From an uncultured Pseudomonadota bacterium (GTDB lineage: Bacteria > Oederibacteriota > Muellerivitia > Muellerivitales > Muellerivitaceae), in the NCBI GenBank assembly GCA_963770835.1, contig CAVYRH010000004.1, positions 544,001 to 608,000 on the forward strand: 64,000 nt of DNA, written 5' to 3'. The notes beneath the pieces were generated by a model that saw only the letters and a list, made by a program, of their open reading frames with translations, was not told where the DNA came from and ran no database searches. The translations under genes and the position numbers were made by a program. Below are positions 30,234 to 40,213 of this stretch, one piece after another (the stretch's first letter is position 1; each line of letters starts with the position of its first letter).

Positions 30234-32243
30234 TTACTTCACTTTTTCCTTTTTCGAGGCCTTTCCCTTAACCGGAGTTTCGGGTTTTGCCGCCGAAGTT
30301 TCCGCGGTTTTCTGTTTGGTCCAGTTCAGCAATCCCCCCGCCAGGATGATCTCCTGCTGGCGGGCGGTCAGGCCATGCACCACCTGGACGGATTTCCCGT
30401 TGGTCAGGTTCTTGACCGGGAAGGGATGGTCCACCTTGATGACCTGTTTCAAATCCGGGATCTCCAACTTGTCCCCTTGGGAGAGGGTGTCGCAATCGGA
30501 AGGCTGCACCAAGGTTAATGGCAGGATACCAAAATTAATGAGGTTGGCGCGGTGGATGCGGGCGAAACTTTTCACGATCACCGCCTTGAGCCCCAAGTAC
30601 ATGGGGGCCAGGGCCGCGTGCTCACGGCTGGAACCCTGCCCATAGTTCTCTCCGCCCACCACAAACCCGCCACCCGCCTCCTTGGCGCGCTTGGGAAAGG
30701 TGGAATCGATGATATTGAACACGAACTCCGAAATGGCGGGGATGTTGGACCGCAGGGGCAGCACCTTGGACCCTGCCGGCATGATGTGGTCGGTGGTGAT
30801 GTTATCCGCTACTTTCAGGAGGACTTCGCCCTCAAGGGTTTCCCCCAGGGGCTCCTTGACGGGAAGGGGCTTGATGTTCGGCCCGCGCAGGACTTCCACC
30901 TTTTTGGGGTCCTTGGCCGGGGGAATGATGCCGTCGTCGTCCCAGACGAACTTGTCGGGAACCTCGATTTTATGGGGCTTGCCCAGGGTGCGGGGGTCGG
31001 TGATCTTGCCGGTGAGGGCGCAGGCCACGCAAACCTCGGGGGAGGTCAGGTAAACCTTGGCGTCGCGGGTGCCGGAACGGCCCTCGAAATTGCGGTTGAA
31101 GCTGCGGATGGAAACGCCGCCCGAGGGGGGCGCCTGGCCCATTCCGATGCAGGGGCCGCAGGCCGATTCGATGATTCGGGCGCCGGAGGCGATGATGTCG
31201 GCCAGTGCCCCGTTTTTCGCGATCATCTCAAAAACCTGCTTGGAGCCGGGGGTGACCGTCATGGAGACGGCGGGGTGGATATGCTTGCCCTTGAGCATCT
31301 TGGCCACGGCCATCAAGTCACGATAGGAGCTGTTAGTGCAGCTTCCCACGCAGACCTGCTGAACGTCCACGTTCTTCAGCTTGGAGACCTCAGTCACGTT
31401 GTCCGGGCTGTGGGGCTGGGCGATCAAGGGTTCCAGCTTGTTGAGGTCGATGATGAGTTCCTCGTCATAAGTGGCGCCGGGGTCGGCCGCCAGGGGGGTC
31501 CAGTCTTTGCCCCGTCCCTGGGCCTTCATGTACGCGCGGGTATTCTCGTCCGAGGGGAAAATTGAAGTCGTGGCGCCTAATTCCGCTCCCATATTGGTGA
31601 TAGTGGCGCGCTCGGTGGCCGAGAGACTTTTTACGCCCTGGCCGGTATATTCCAGGATCTTGCCCACCCCGCCTTTCACGGTCAAACGGCGCAGGACTTC
31701 CAAAATGATGTCCTTGGCCGTGACCCAGGGCTGAAGCTTGCCCTTCAGTTCCACCCTCAGGACCTTGGGCATGGTCATATAGAAGGGGCCGCCGCCCATC
31801 GCCACCGCCACATCCAGGCCGCCCGCGCCGATGGAAAGCTCCCCCAACCCCCCGCAAGTGGGGGTATGGGAGTCGGACCCCAAGAGGGTCATACCGGGGG
31901 CCGCAAAACGTTCCAGGTGCACTTGATGGCAGATACCGTTACCAGGGCGGGAAAAATAGATGCCGTACTTAGCCGCCACCGTCTGCAGGTAACGGTGGTC
32001 ATCGGCGTTCTCAAAACCGGTTTGAAGCATGTTGTGGTCCACGTAGGACACGGAAAGCTTGGTCTGTACCTTAGGGATGCCCATGGCCTCAAATTGGAGG
32101 TAGGCCATAGTGCCGGTGGCGTCCTGGGTGAGGGTCTGGTCGATCCGGATTCCCACTTCTTCGCCTGAAACAGGGTTGCCTGAAACCAAGTGGGCATTGA
32201 TGATCTTTTGAACCAAATTAAAACGTTTGGCGCTTTCCGACAT
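30234..32243 (-). CDS. Aconitate hydratase
   Basis: TQDATGTMA, GICHQV, DSHT, GSCTNSS, CGPCIG, TTDHI, YGQGSSREHAA. Confidence 0.95.
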   Translation of the reverse strand: MSESAKRFNLVQKIINAHLVSGNPVSGEEVGIRIDQTLTQDATGTMAYLQFEAMGIPKVQTKLSVSYVDHNMLQTGFENADDHRYLQTVAAKYGIYFSRPGNGICHQVHLERFAAPGMTLLGSDSHTPTCGGLGELSIGAGGLDVAVAMGGGPFYMTMPKVLRVELKGKLQPWVTAKDIILEVLRRLTVKGGVGKILEYTGQGVKSLSATERATITNMGAELGATTSIFPSDENTRAYMKAQGRGKDWTPLAADPGATYDEELIIDLNKLEPLIAQPHSPDNVTEVSKLKNVDVQQVCVGSCTNSSYRDLMAVAKMLKGKHIHPAVSMTVTPGSKQVFEMIAKNGALADIIASGARIIESACGPCIGMGQAPPSGGVSIRSFNRNFEGRSGTRDAKVYLTSPEVCVACALTGKITDPRTLGKPHKIEVPDKFVWDDDGIIPPAKDPKKVEVLRGPNIKPLPVKEPLGETLEGEVLLKVADNITTDHIMPAGSKVLPLRSNIPAISEFVFNIIDSTFPKRAKEAGGGFVVGGENYGQGSSREHAALAPMYLGLKAVIVKSFARIHRANLINFGILPLTLVQPSDCDTLSQGDKLEIPDLKQVIKVDHPFPVKNLTNGKSVQVVHGLTARQQEIILAGGLLNWTKQKTAETSAAKPETPVKGKASKKEKVK

Positions 32244-32646
32244 GAATTCCTCCAAAAAGGTTAAGAGAATATATAAAGATAGGCACGAACCGTTTGTTTT
32301 GTGAGGGCCCATTATGGGTCGGCTCCGACTCCCAATTCAACCCTAATAAGGTTTTCAGCCCCTTACTCGTAAAATTTTGTAAATAACAGCAAAAATTTTC
32401 GAGCTAAGGGACCGGGCGTTATTGCAGTGGTTTTGCTCATAAAACTTGAGGATATATCCCTGCTTGGTTCCGGTTTGTCCGGGTTAGGGATTCCCGTGAA
32501 ACGACATTTTGGTTTGAATCGAAAAAAGGTTATCCACAGGCTAAAAATCCTTTAACGCCAAGGAAAAATCCCTGAATTGTCCTAAAATAAAAAAGATCGT
32601 ATCTATATAAACACTCATTTGATGCCCATGAAAAGGAGTTGAGGAT

Positions 32647-32856
32647 ATGCCTGCCATAACCCTCAAAATAGAAGGAATGACTTGTAACCATTGCGTTCAT
32701 ACCGTTCAACAAGCCCTTTCCGCGGTTCCGGGCGTAAAAAGCGCCGAGGTTAGTCTGGACCAGAAACAGGCGGTCGTTCAATCCGAAGGCCCCTTGGACT
32801 TCAACGCGGTCGAAAAAGCCGTCGAAGAAGAAGGGTATAAAGCCAGCCTCGCTTAA
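32647..32856 (+). CDS. copZ: Copper chaperone (HMA domain)
   Basis: GMTCNHC; upstream of P1B-ATPase. Confidence 0.9.
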   Translation: MPAITLKIEGMTCNHCVHTVQQALSAVPGVKSAEVSLDQKQAVVQSEGPLDFNAVEKAVEEEGYKASLA

Positions 32857-32877
32857 GCTTGAATTTTAAAGGGTTAA

Positions 32878-35094
32878 ATGCAACAAAACACAGTTGATGC
32901 ACCTCCTCAAGTGTCTTTTCTGCAAGCAAAGGAATCCCGGTCGGTCATCCTGGCCGTGGAAGGCATGACCTGCGCCTCCTGTGCCGCCCGCATCGAGCAC
33001 AAGCTCAAGGGCGTCCCAGGGGTCCAAAACGCCGCCGTCAACTTCGCCTCCCAAAAGGCTTATGTCCAAACCGAGGCGGCCCCTGACCTGGCCGCCCTGG
33101 AAGCGGCGGTGGAAAAGGCGGGATATTCGGCCAAGCCCTATGTTCCCGAGCCCAAAGCCTCCCGGTTGTACGAGGCGGAACAGCACCGGATGGGATGGCG
33201 GCTATTATTGGGCGGCCTCCTCATCCTTCCTTTCCTATTCGAGCACTTGCTGATGGCCGCCAAGCCCTTCCCGTTTCCCCTGGCGGTCCAAGCGGCCCTA
33301 GCCTCGGTGGTTTTCTTCGTGGTGGGCTGGCCTTTTCATAAATCCGCCCTCCGGGGCTTGAGGCATGGCGAAGTCACCATGGACACGCTGATTTCGCTGG
33401 GGTCCTCGGCGGCTTATTTTTTCTCCCTCCCCGCTCTTCTTGGTTGGAATGTGGAGACCTATTTTGACGCCGCCGGACTCATCCTCTTTTTCGTCACCCT
33501 TGGGCGGTACTTGGAAATCCTCTCCAAGCGGCGCGCCAACCGGGCCCTGGAACTGTTGATGAACCTCAAACCCCGCATCGCCCATGTCATCAAGGAAACC
33601 CACCAGGTGGACCTGCCGGTGGAAATGGTGGCGGCCGGGGACAACCTGAGCGTCCGGCCCGGGGAGGCCATCCCAGTGGACGGCTATATCCTGGAAGGAA
33701 AGGGCCGGGTGGACGAATCCCTCTTAACCGGCGAGTCCCTGCCGGCGGAAAAAAGGCCGGGTGACAAGGTTTTTGCCGGCACCTTGAACGGCACCAGCAC
33801 ACTCCATCTCAAGGCAAGGCAAGTGGGTGAGGAAACCGCCTTGGCCCATATTATCCGCCTGGTGGAGGAAGCCCAGGGGTCCAAGGCCTCGGTGCAAAAA
33901 ACCGCCGACCGGGCGGCGGCCGTTTTCGTACCGGTCGTTTTGGCCCTGGCCTTGCTGACAATCCTGGGATGGATACTCCTAGCGGGCCGTCCCCTTGGCG
34001 TGGGGCTTAGCCACGCCATCGCGGTGCTGGTCATCGCCTGCCCCTGCGCGTTGGGGCTGGCCACGCCCATCGCCCTCATGGTGGGCATCGGGGTGGCGGC
34101 ACGGCGCAGTATCTTGATCCGCCGGGCGGAAGCGCTGGAAAAGTCCAGCCGCGTGGACGTGATCGTTTTCGACAAAACCGGCACCCTGACCGAGGGAAAA
34201 CCCCGGCTGGTGGACATGATGATCCTGGACGGGTTGGAGGAGGAAAAGCTCTTGCGTTACGCCGCCGCCTTGGAAATGGGGACCAACCACCCCCTAGCTT
34301 CCGCCATATTGAAGGAAGTCATGGTGCTGGACCTGGTCGTTCCGGGCGCGGAACGGATCGTGGAAACGCCTGGCGCGGGGATCCAAGGAATGGTGGAAGG
34401 CCACCAAGTGGCTATCGGCACCAAGCCCTTTATCGAGTCCCTGGAAGGGATCATTCCCCCGCCCCAAGTGCGGGCTAATATCGAAGCCTACCGGCTGGGT
34501 GGCCAGACCGTTTCCCTGATGGCATTGGATGGCAAAATCATCGCTATCCTGGCCATGGAGGACCCGCCCCACTCCGACGCCAAGGAAGTTATCCAAAAAC
34601 TCAAGGGGCTGGGTTTAAAGGTGCATCTTTTAACCGGCGACGGGGAAGTGGTGGCCCAAAAAGTCGCTGAAAGGGTGGGGGTGGACGTGGTTAAGGCCAA
34701 TATGGACCCTGCCGGCAAGCTGGATTACATCCGAAGCCTCCAAAAGCAAGGTTTGAGGGTGGCGATGGTCGGGGACGGTTACAACGACGCGGCGGCCCTG
34801 ACCGCAGCGGACCTGGGGATCGCCATGGGATCGGGTACGGACGTGGCCAAGGAAGCGGGTGACATGGTTCTCATCCAGGGGGGGCTCCCGAAGGTGATCG
34901 AAGCCATCCAGCTCTCCCGGGCGACTTTCGAGGTCATCCGGCAAAACCTGTTCTGGGCCTTCGCCTACAACCTGGTGGCCCTGCCCTTGGCCATCTTCAC
35001 CCAGGTGCCCCCGGCCCTGGCGGCTTTGGCCATGTCCCTTTCCTCGGTGACGGTGGTGTTGAACGCGCTGAGGCTTTACGGGAAGAAGTTTTAA
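32878..35094 (+). CDS. copA: Cu(I)-translocating P1B-type ATPase
   Basis: [34 protein letters not shown] and MxxSS Cu-site motifs. Confidence 0.93.
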   Translation: MQQNTVDAPPQVSFLQAKESRSVILAVEGMTCASCAARIEHKLKGVPGVQNAAVNFASQKAYVQTEAAPDLAALEAAVEKAGYSAKPYVPEPKASRLYEAEQHRMGWRLLLGGLLILPFLFEHLLMAAKPFPFPLAVQAALASVVFFVVGWPFHKSALRGLRHGEVTMDTLISLGSSAAYFFSLPALLGWNVETYFDAAGLILFFVTLGRYLEILSKRRANRALELLMNLKPRIAHVIKETHQVDLPVEMVAAGDNLSVRPGEAIPVDGYILEGKGRVDESLLTGESLPAEKRPGDKVFAGTLNGTSTLHLKARQVGEETALAHIIRLVEEAQGSKASVQKTADRAAAVFVPVVLALALLTILGWILLAGRPLGVGLSHAIAVLVIACPCALGLATPIALMVGIGVAARRSILIRRAEALEKSSRVDVIVFDKTGTLTEGKPRLVDMMILDGLEEEKLLRYAAALEMGTNHPLASAILKEVMVLDLVVPGAERIVETPGAGIQGMVEGHQVAIGTKPFIESLEGIIPPPQVRANIEAYRLGGQTVSLMALDGKIIAILAMEDPPHSDAKEVIQKLKGLGLKVHLLTGDGEVVAQKVAERVGVDVVKANMDPAGKLDYIRSLQKQGLRVAMVGDGYNDAAALTAADLGIAMGSGTDVAKEAGDMVLIQGGLPKVIEAIQLSRATFEVIRQNLFWAFAYNLVALPLAIFTQVPPALAALAMSLSSVTVVLNALRLYGKKF

Positions 35095-35095
35095 A
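35032..35095 (+). repeat. Direct repeat 1 (copA 3' end)
   Basis: ATGTCC...GTGACG..GGTG.TGAACGCGCTG.GGCTTTA.G.GAAGAAGTTTTAAA repeated at 35759-35822. Confidence 0.8.
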
Positions 35096-35139
35096 GGTAT
35101 ATTAAACAGGTCTGTTCAACAAGTCGGTTGGAGAAAACC

Positions 35140-35367
35140 ATGAAAACCATCGGGGCCTTCGAGGCCAAAACCCATCTCGCTGATCTCCTGCAAAAAGTAG
35201 CCCGGGGCGAAGTTTATGTCATTACCCGCCGGGGGAAGCCGCTAGCCGAATTACGCGCGGTGGAAAGCCGCCGGGAATCACCCCGTTTTGGCCGTTGGAA
35301 AGGCCAAATCAAGATTGCCAAGGATTTTGACGCGCCCCTGGATGATTTTAAGGGCTATACCGATTGA
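35140..35367 (+). CDS. Phd/YefM-family antitoxin
   Basis: 'EAKTHLADLL..V..GE...ITRRGKPLA'; small inverted repeat AACAG-GT-CTGTT at 35105-35116 may be its operator. Confidence 0.88.
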   Translation: MKTIGAFEAKTHLADLLQKVARGEVYVITRRGKPLAELRAVESRRESPRFGRWKGQIKIAKDFDAPLDDFKGYTD

Positions 35368-35747
35368 AACTTCTCCTCGACACCCAAATCGTCCTCTGGT
35401 TTTCGGCTGGGGACAGCCGCCTTACCGCCAAAGTCCGGACCACCCTCGAACAGCCCCGGGCGGAACTCCATATCAGCTCGGCGAGTGTTTGGGAAATGGC
35501 CGTCAAATCCTCCTTGGGGAAATTGGATTTGCCTAAAAGCCTGGGGCCTTTTATGGAAGACTGTTGGGAGGATGGATTCCTTCCCCTGCCGGTGGACTGG
35601 AGGCACGCGGCGGCGGTCCAAGCTTTGCCGTTCCATCATCGCGACCCCTTCGACCGGATATTGGCCGCCCAAGCCCAGGTCGAGGGGATGACCCTTGTCA
35701 GTTCGGACAAGGCTTTCAAGGCTTATAAAATCCACTTGCTTTGGTGA
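35364..35747 (+). CDS. vapC: PIN-domain toxin
   Basis: LLLDTQ, SVWEMAVK, HRDPFDR; overlaps antitoxin stop. Confidence 0.9.
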   Translation: MKLLLDTQIVLWFSAGDSRLTAKVRTTLEQPRAELHISSASVWEMAVKSSLGKLDLPKSLGPFMEDCWEDGFLPLPVDWRHAAAVQALPFHHRDPFDRILAAQAQVEGMTLVSSDKAFKAYKIHLLW

Positions 35748-35758
35748 AGACGCGGGAT

Positions 35759-35822
35759 ATGTCCTTTCCCCCTGTGACGCCGGTGCTGAACGCGCTGGGG
35801 CTTTATGAGAAGAAGTTTTAAA
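35759..35822 (+). repeat. Direct repeat 2 (degenerate copy of copA 3' end)
   Basis: Aligns by eye to 35032-35095. Confidence 0.8.
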
Positions 35823-35843
35823 TATTAGAAGTTGTCCACGACG

Positions 35844-37784
35844 GTGCGTCCAGAAAAGGCAGGTGTGTTCAGCAAGAGATAGTCTTGCATGGGTAATAGC
35901 CAAAGCCCATTAGCTAGGATGGCAGGCAAGCGGGAAACCAAATGCCTGAAGCCCATCAACAAAGCCATCGAAAGGATGGTGAGCGAGTCGTCGGGCCGTA
36001 ACGAAAGTAAATGCACAGGTGGCCCCGAAAACACTTGCCTCGGAGGCTGAGTCCGCCGTCGTGGGACGAAAGCATCATGGGACAGCGCGGAGAAATGGCT
36101 GAAGCGCTGGAACACTCCGACGGGGTGATAGCAACGGCACGAAGACAAGGACACGCCAAGCAACTGGAGAAACCCTCCTTGCCCCAGGCAGAAATGCTTG
36201 GAGAAAGGTAGGCCGTATAACCGTGACGCGGGAAAACGGTCGAAGGTGAGAGGGTTTAGGATGGGTTCATGGTAGCGATGAAGCGGGGTAATGCCCGTGG
36301 AGCGAAGGAACCCTGCTGTTGTTAAGTCCCTCGACAAAACGGAAGGCAGTGACGGTATGAAAAAGACGTCAATTAACCTGCAAGACCTGAGACGAGAGAT
36401 ATACGTCAAAGCGAAGGCTGAAAAGAACTGGAGTTTCTGGGGACTGTACACCCATGTTTGCAAGATGGAAACGCTTCAACAGGCTTACCGAATGGCTAAG
36501 GTAAATAACGGAGCCCCTGGAATAGATGGGGTGACGTTTGATGCCATTGAGGAGGCCGGAGTGGAGTCGTTTCTGGAAAGCATCCGGGGTGAATTAGTTC
36601 AAGGCACGTATAAGCCCGTTCGAAACCGGAAGAAGGAAATACCCAAGGGAAATGGGAAGGTAAGAGTCCTTGGGATACCCAACATTCGGGATAGAGTAGT
36701 CCAGGGAGCACTGAAGTTTATTCTGGAACCGATTTTTGAGGCCGATTTTCAAGAAGGGTCCTATGGGTATCGACCCAAGCGGACCGCTCATGCGGCTGTG
36801 AACAGGGTAGCATCGGCAATCGTCTGTAGAAAAACCCGAGTCATTGATGTAGACCTCAAGGCATATTTCGACACGGTAAGGCACGACCTTCTGATGAAGA
36901 AAGTTGCCCGAAGGGTTGAGGATGAAACGGTGTTGAGATTGTTGAGGATGATCCTGAAGGCCAGCGGCAAAAGAGGAGTCCCGCAGGGAGGGGTTATTTC
37001 CCCTCTTCTGGCTAATCTCTACCTCAACGAGGTGGATAAGATGCTGGAAAAGGCAAAAGAAGTGACTCGGCAAGGGAAGAACAACTATATCGAATATGCG
37101 AGGTTCGCTGACGATATGGTGATCCTTGTTAATGGATATCCGCAATGGGAATGGTTGGCAAAGGCTGCCTACCGAAGGTTACTTGAAGAATTGACCAAGC
37201 TCGACTTGCAAATCAACACGGACAAGACGCGGATAGCAGACTTAACGAAAGGTGAAAGTTTCGGGTTTCTGGGGTTTGACTTTCGACAGGTGAAAACCCG
37301 TCGAGGGAAATGGGGGGTGAAGTTCACGCCGAAAATGAAGGCGCGAGCAACACTTCTGGGTAAGCTCAAGGAAACATTTGGAAGCTTCCAATCTCAGCCG
37401 GTGCAGAGGGTGATTGAGATTATCAATCCCAAACTGCGTGGGTGGGTGAATTACTTTCGGATAGGGAATTCTAGGCGCTGTTTTAACTACGTGGAAAGAT
37501 GGGTCGAGAATAAAATCAGACGGCATATGATGCGTGCGAAGAAGCTCGACGGTTTTGGGCGGGATAGGTGGAGTAGGGAGTGGATATATAAGTATCTGGG
37601 GTTGTACAGAAGCTACCAAATACGATATTACCAAGAACCGAAAGCGCTACCCGTCTGATAGGTCACATAAACTTTGACAGGAAAGCAACAGGTGAGCGTA
37701 GTGCGGGAAATCCGCACGCTACGTTCGAGGAGGCGGGGACTGGAAACGGAGCCAGAAGGCCACCGCACCAGTCCTCGACCCTAC
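35844..37784 (+). mobile_element. Group II intron
   Basis: 5' GTGCG at 35844; domain V GAGCGTAGTGCGGGAAATCCGCACGCTACGTTC; domain VI ending CGACCCTAC at 37784; candidate EBS1 CGTCGT (36057-36062) complements exon ACGACG (35838-35843). Confidence 0.92.
36357..37658 (+). CDS. ltrA: Group II intron reverse transcriptase/maturase (no endonuclease domain)
   Basis: GAPGIDG, RVLGIP..RDRVVQ, GVPQGGVISPLLAN, RFADD, maturase 'LRGWVNYF'. Confidence 0.93.
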   Translation: MKKTSINLQDLRREIYVKAKAEKNWSFWGLYTHVCKMETLQQAYRMAKVNNGAPGIDGVTFDAIEEAGVESFLESIRGELVQGTYKPVRNRKKEIPKGNGKVRVLGIPNIRDRVVQGALKFILEPIFEADFQEGSYGYRPKRTAHAAVNRVASAIVCRKTRVIDVDLKAYFDTVRHDLLMKKVARRVEDETVLRLLRMILKASGKRGVPQGGVISPLLANLYLNEVDKMLEKAKEVTRQGKNNYIEYARFADDMVILVNGYPQWEWLAKAAYRRLLEELTKLDLQINTDKTRIADLTKGESFGFLGFDFRQVKTRRGKWGVKFTPKMKARATLLGKLKETFGSFQSQPVQRVIEIINPKLRGWVNYFRIGNSRRCFNYVERWVENKIRRHMMRAKKLDGFGRDRWSREWIYKYLGLYRSYQIRYYQEPKALPV

Positions 37785-37848
37785 GGGAGCCTGATTGGAC
37801 AGACACAATGGGCCGACCGGACATCTTTTGAAATATGAGGTGTGCCTC

Positions 37849-38256
37849 ATGACGCAGATCGTCCCCATTCAACGAAAATACATAAAAGGCTTTAGGGATG
37901 CGCTTGACTATGTGGCCAGGGAAGAGAAGTACCTTTTCATACTGAAAGCCCCCTCTTTCTATGAAGTCGAACGCGTCGTTCTTTTGAACATTTAAAATAA
38001 GGTCACTCAGTTCGTGGTATTGGACGGGGATCAAGTGGTCGGCTGGTGTGACATCTGACCCCAAAATCATCCAACGACCAAACATATTGGGGTCCTCGCG
38101 ATGGGTTTATTGCCCCATTACCGGCGAAAAGGGATCGGGGCCGAACTGATGCGGGAGTGTTTGAGGCATGCCAAAAAGCGGGGGATCTCCCTGATAAGCG
38201 CGGACAAGGACATTCTTTCGCTGCGTTCCCGCTTTTCATGGATCAAGGCGGTCTAG
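37849..38256 (+). pseudogene. GNAT acetyltransferase pseudogene (3' end approximate)
   Basis: MTQIVPI...LLNI*NKVTQFVVLDGDQVVGWCDI*PQ...LAMGLLPHYRRKGIGAELM; in-frame TAA 37993-37995 and TGA 38056-38058. Confidence 0.75.
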
Positions 38257-38349
38257 TCAAAGCCAGCCTATCAATTTGAGGGGTTTCCTGCGAAGAAAGT
38301 AACAAAATATTAAACACAACCCGCTGTTTGCCGAGCAAAAAAGCGTACA

Positions 38350-38479
38350 ATCAAATTGATCGGGCGGCTTCTTAGCCCTGGTCCCCGGCCCCGGCGAATG
38401 TCCTAAGGGAATCCGAACCAAGCTTCCAACCCCCATTTGGTTCAACCAACTCGGCCCTTCAAATCACTATCATTTTGAT
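38350..38479. promoter_or_regulatory. Two single ATCA-N3-TGAT boxes upstream of the regulator (possible autoregulation)
   Basis: ATCAAATTGAT 38350-38360 and ATCATTTTGAT 38469-38479. Confidence 0.55.
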
Positions 38480-38512
38480 TACTTGAAGATTGACGTCTTC
38501 AATGAGGTGTTT

Positions 38513-40142
38513 ATGCGCGTGGAAGACCTTGATTTAAAAGAACTTTTGGAATTAAACCCCGGCGGTGGAATGGTCCATTTCGCCGGCGAGCGAGCCTTGA
38601 TCATGGACGCGGTGGCCCAGGGGCTGCTCCGCAAAGAACTCATCGAAACCTACGGTGAAAGGACGGCCCGGGGCATCCTCAGCCGTTACGGCTATATCCA
38701 CGGCAGGCGCCTGGCGTTGGCCCTGAAATCCAAATTCAAATGGGACAGTAATGAGGACTGGCAAAAGGCCGGAACCCGGATCATGGCCCTCCAGGGCCTT
38801 TTCATGCTGGACCCGGACAGCCCCGACGCCTTTGGGCCCGAGGGCGGTACCTGGCGCGTTTCCTACGAGGCCGAACAGCACCTGCTGCTGAAGGGCCGGT
38901 CGGACAAGCCCGTCTGCTGGAACCTTTGCGGGCTTATCAGCGGTTACCTGAGTTTCGCCACGGGGAAGGAAATGTACGCCTTGGAGGATAAGTGCGTGGG
39001 AAAGGGCGACACCGCCTGCCATGTGATGATCAAGTCCGAGGCCGAATGGGGTGAGGAAGCCGGCGGTGAATTGGCCGTCTTCAAGCGGGTGGGAATCGAC
39101 AACGCCCTGCGGGAAGTCACCTCCACGCTCAAACGCACGGAAAGCGAATTGCGGGAGAAGACCCGCAAACTGGCGGTCATCGCCCAAATCGAGGAAGACC
39201 CGGCCGAACTCATGGCGCGGAGCCCCGAAATGCGCAAACTCATGGAATTGGCCAAGACCATCGCCGCCATCGATTCCACGGTGCTGATCACGGGCGAAAG
39301 TGGCACGGGCAAGGAAAGGGTGGCGCGGTTTGTCCACGACCATTCGGCCCACGCGGCGGGCCCCTTTATCGCTGTCAATTGCGGGGCCATCACCGAGACC
39401 CTGCTGGAAAGCGAGCTTTTCGGCCATGCCCGCGGGGCCTTTACCGGCGCCACGGCGGACCGGCCGGGACTCTTTCGAGGCGGCCAACGGCGGCACGCTT
39501 TTCCTGGACGAAGTCGGCGAGATCACCCTTCCCATGCAGGTGAAGCTCCTTCGGGCGCTCCAGGAGAGGGAAGTGAGGCGCGTGGGGGAAAACAAGAACC
39601 GTCCCATCCATGTGCGCATCCTCAGCGCCACCAACAAGGACCTGAAGGCTGAGGTGGCCGATAAGAAATTCCGAGAGGATCTCTATTACCGCCTGAATGT
39701 GGTCGAACTGGCCGTCCCGCCCCTGCGCAAGCGCCGGGAGGATATCCTCCCCCTGGCCCGGCTCCTTCTCGCGGAATCCGCCATTCAAATGAAGCGGCCC
39801 GTGGATGGCTTGACCTCCAAGGCGGCCGACCAGCTATTGGGCTACGCCTGGCCCGGCAACGTGCGCGAGCTGGCCAACGCCATGGAACGCGCGGTGGCCG
39901 TGGCCAAGACGAACCGCGTGGATGTGGAGGACCTTCCCACCCAGGCGAACCCGGTGATGCCGCTGGTTTCCGACAAGGGAGCGCCCCGGTTTTTAAAGGA
40001 CGTGGAGAAGGATTGTATTATGTCCGCGCTGGAGAAAACCGAAGGCAACCGGAGAAAAGCCGCCGATTTGATGGGCTTGGGCGTGGCCACGCTCTACCGG
40101 AAGCTCAAGGCTTACAAGCTATTGGACCTGGTTAAAGACTAA
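38513..40142 (+). CDS. XylR/DmpR-type sigma54 enhancer-binding protein (XylR_N, V4R, AAA+, HTH); +1 frameshift at 39473-39475
   Basis: GESGTGKE and [13 protein letters not shown] in one frame; [24 protein letters not shown] and HTH 'ATLYRKLK' in the +1 frame. Confidence 0.88.
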
Positions 40143-40213
40143 ACGGCAGCTGACAGTCGACAGTCCGCGGCTTGAACCACTGCCAACTGTGAGCTGATAC
40201 CTGCCACCTGCCG

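Noticed and set aside
32530..32538. Perfect DnaA box TTATCCACA in the aconitase-copZ spacer
   Set aside because: Single box, no cluster and no dnaA/dnaN neighbourhood; not enough to call an origin
36357..37658. RT as retron, DGR or defence RT paired with vapBC
   Set aside because: Maturase domain and flanking domain V/VI structure identify a standard group II intron; no template/variable repeat pair or msr-msd seen
37993..38058. Stop-codon reassignment or selenocysteine in the GNAT frame
   Set aside because: Two different stops are involved, and TAA, TGA and TAG terminate normal genes throughout the window
38334..38349. Minus-strand TGTACGCTTTTTTGCT beside an ATCA-N3-TGAT box, resembling a sigma54 promoter
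   Set aside because: Lacks the invariant GG and no credible downstream gene; at most a relic
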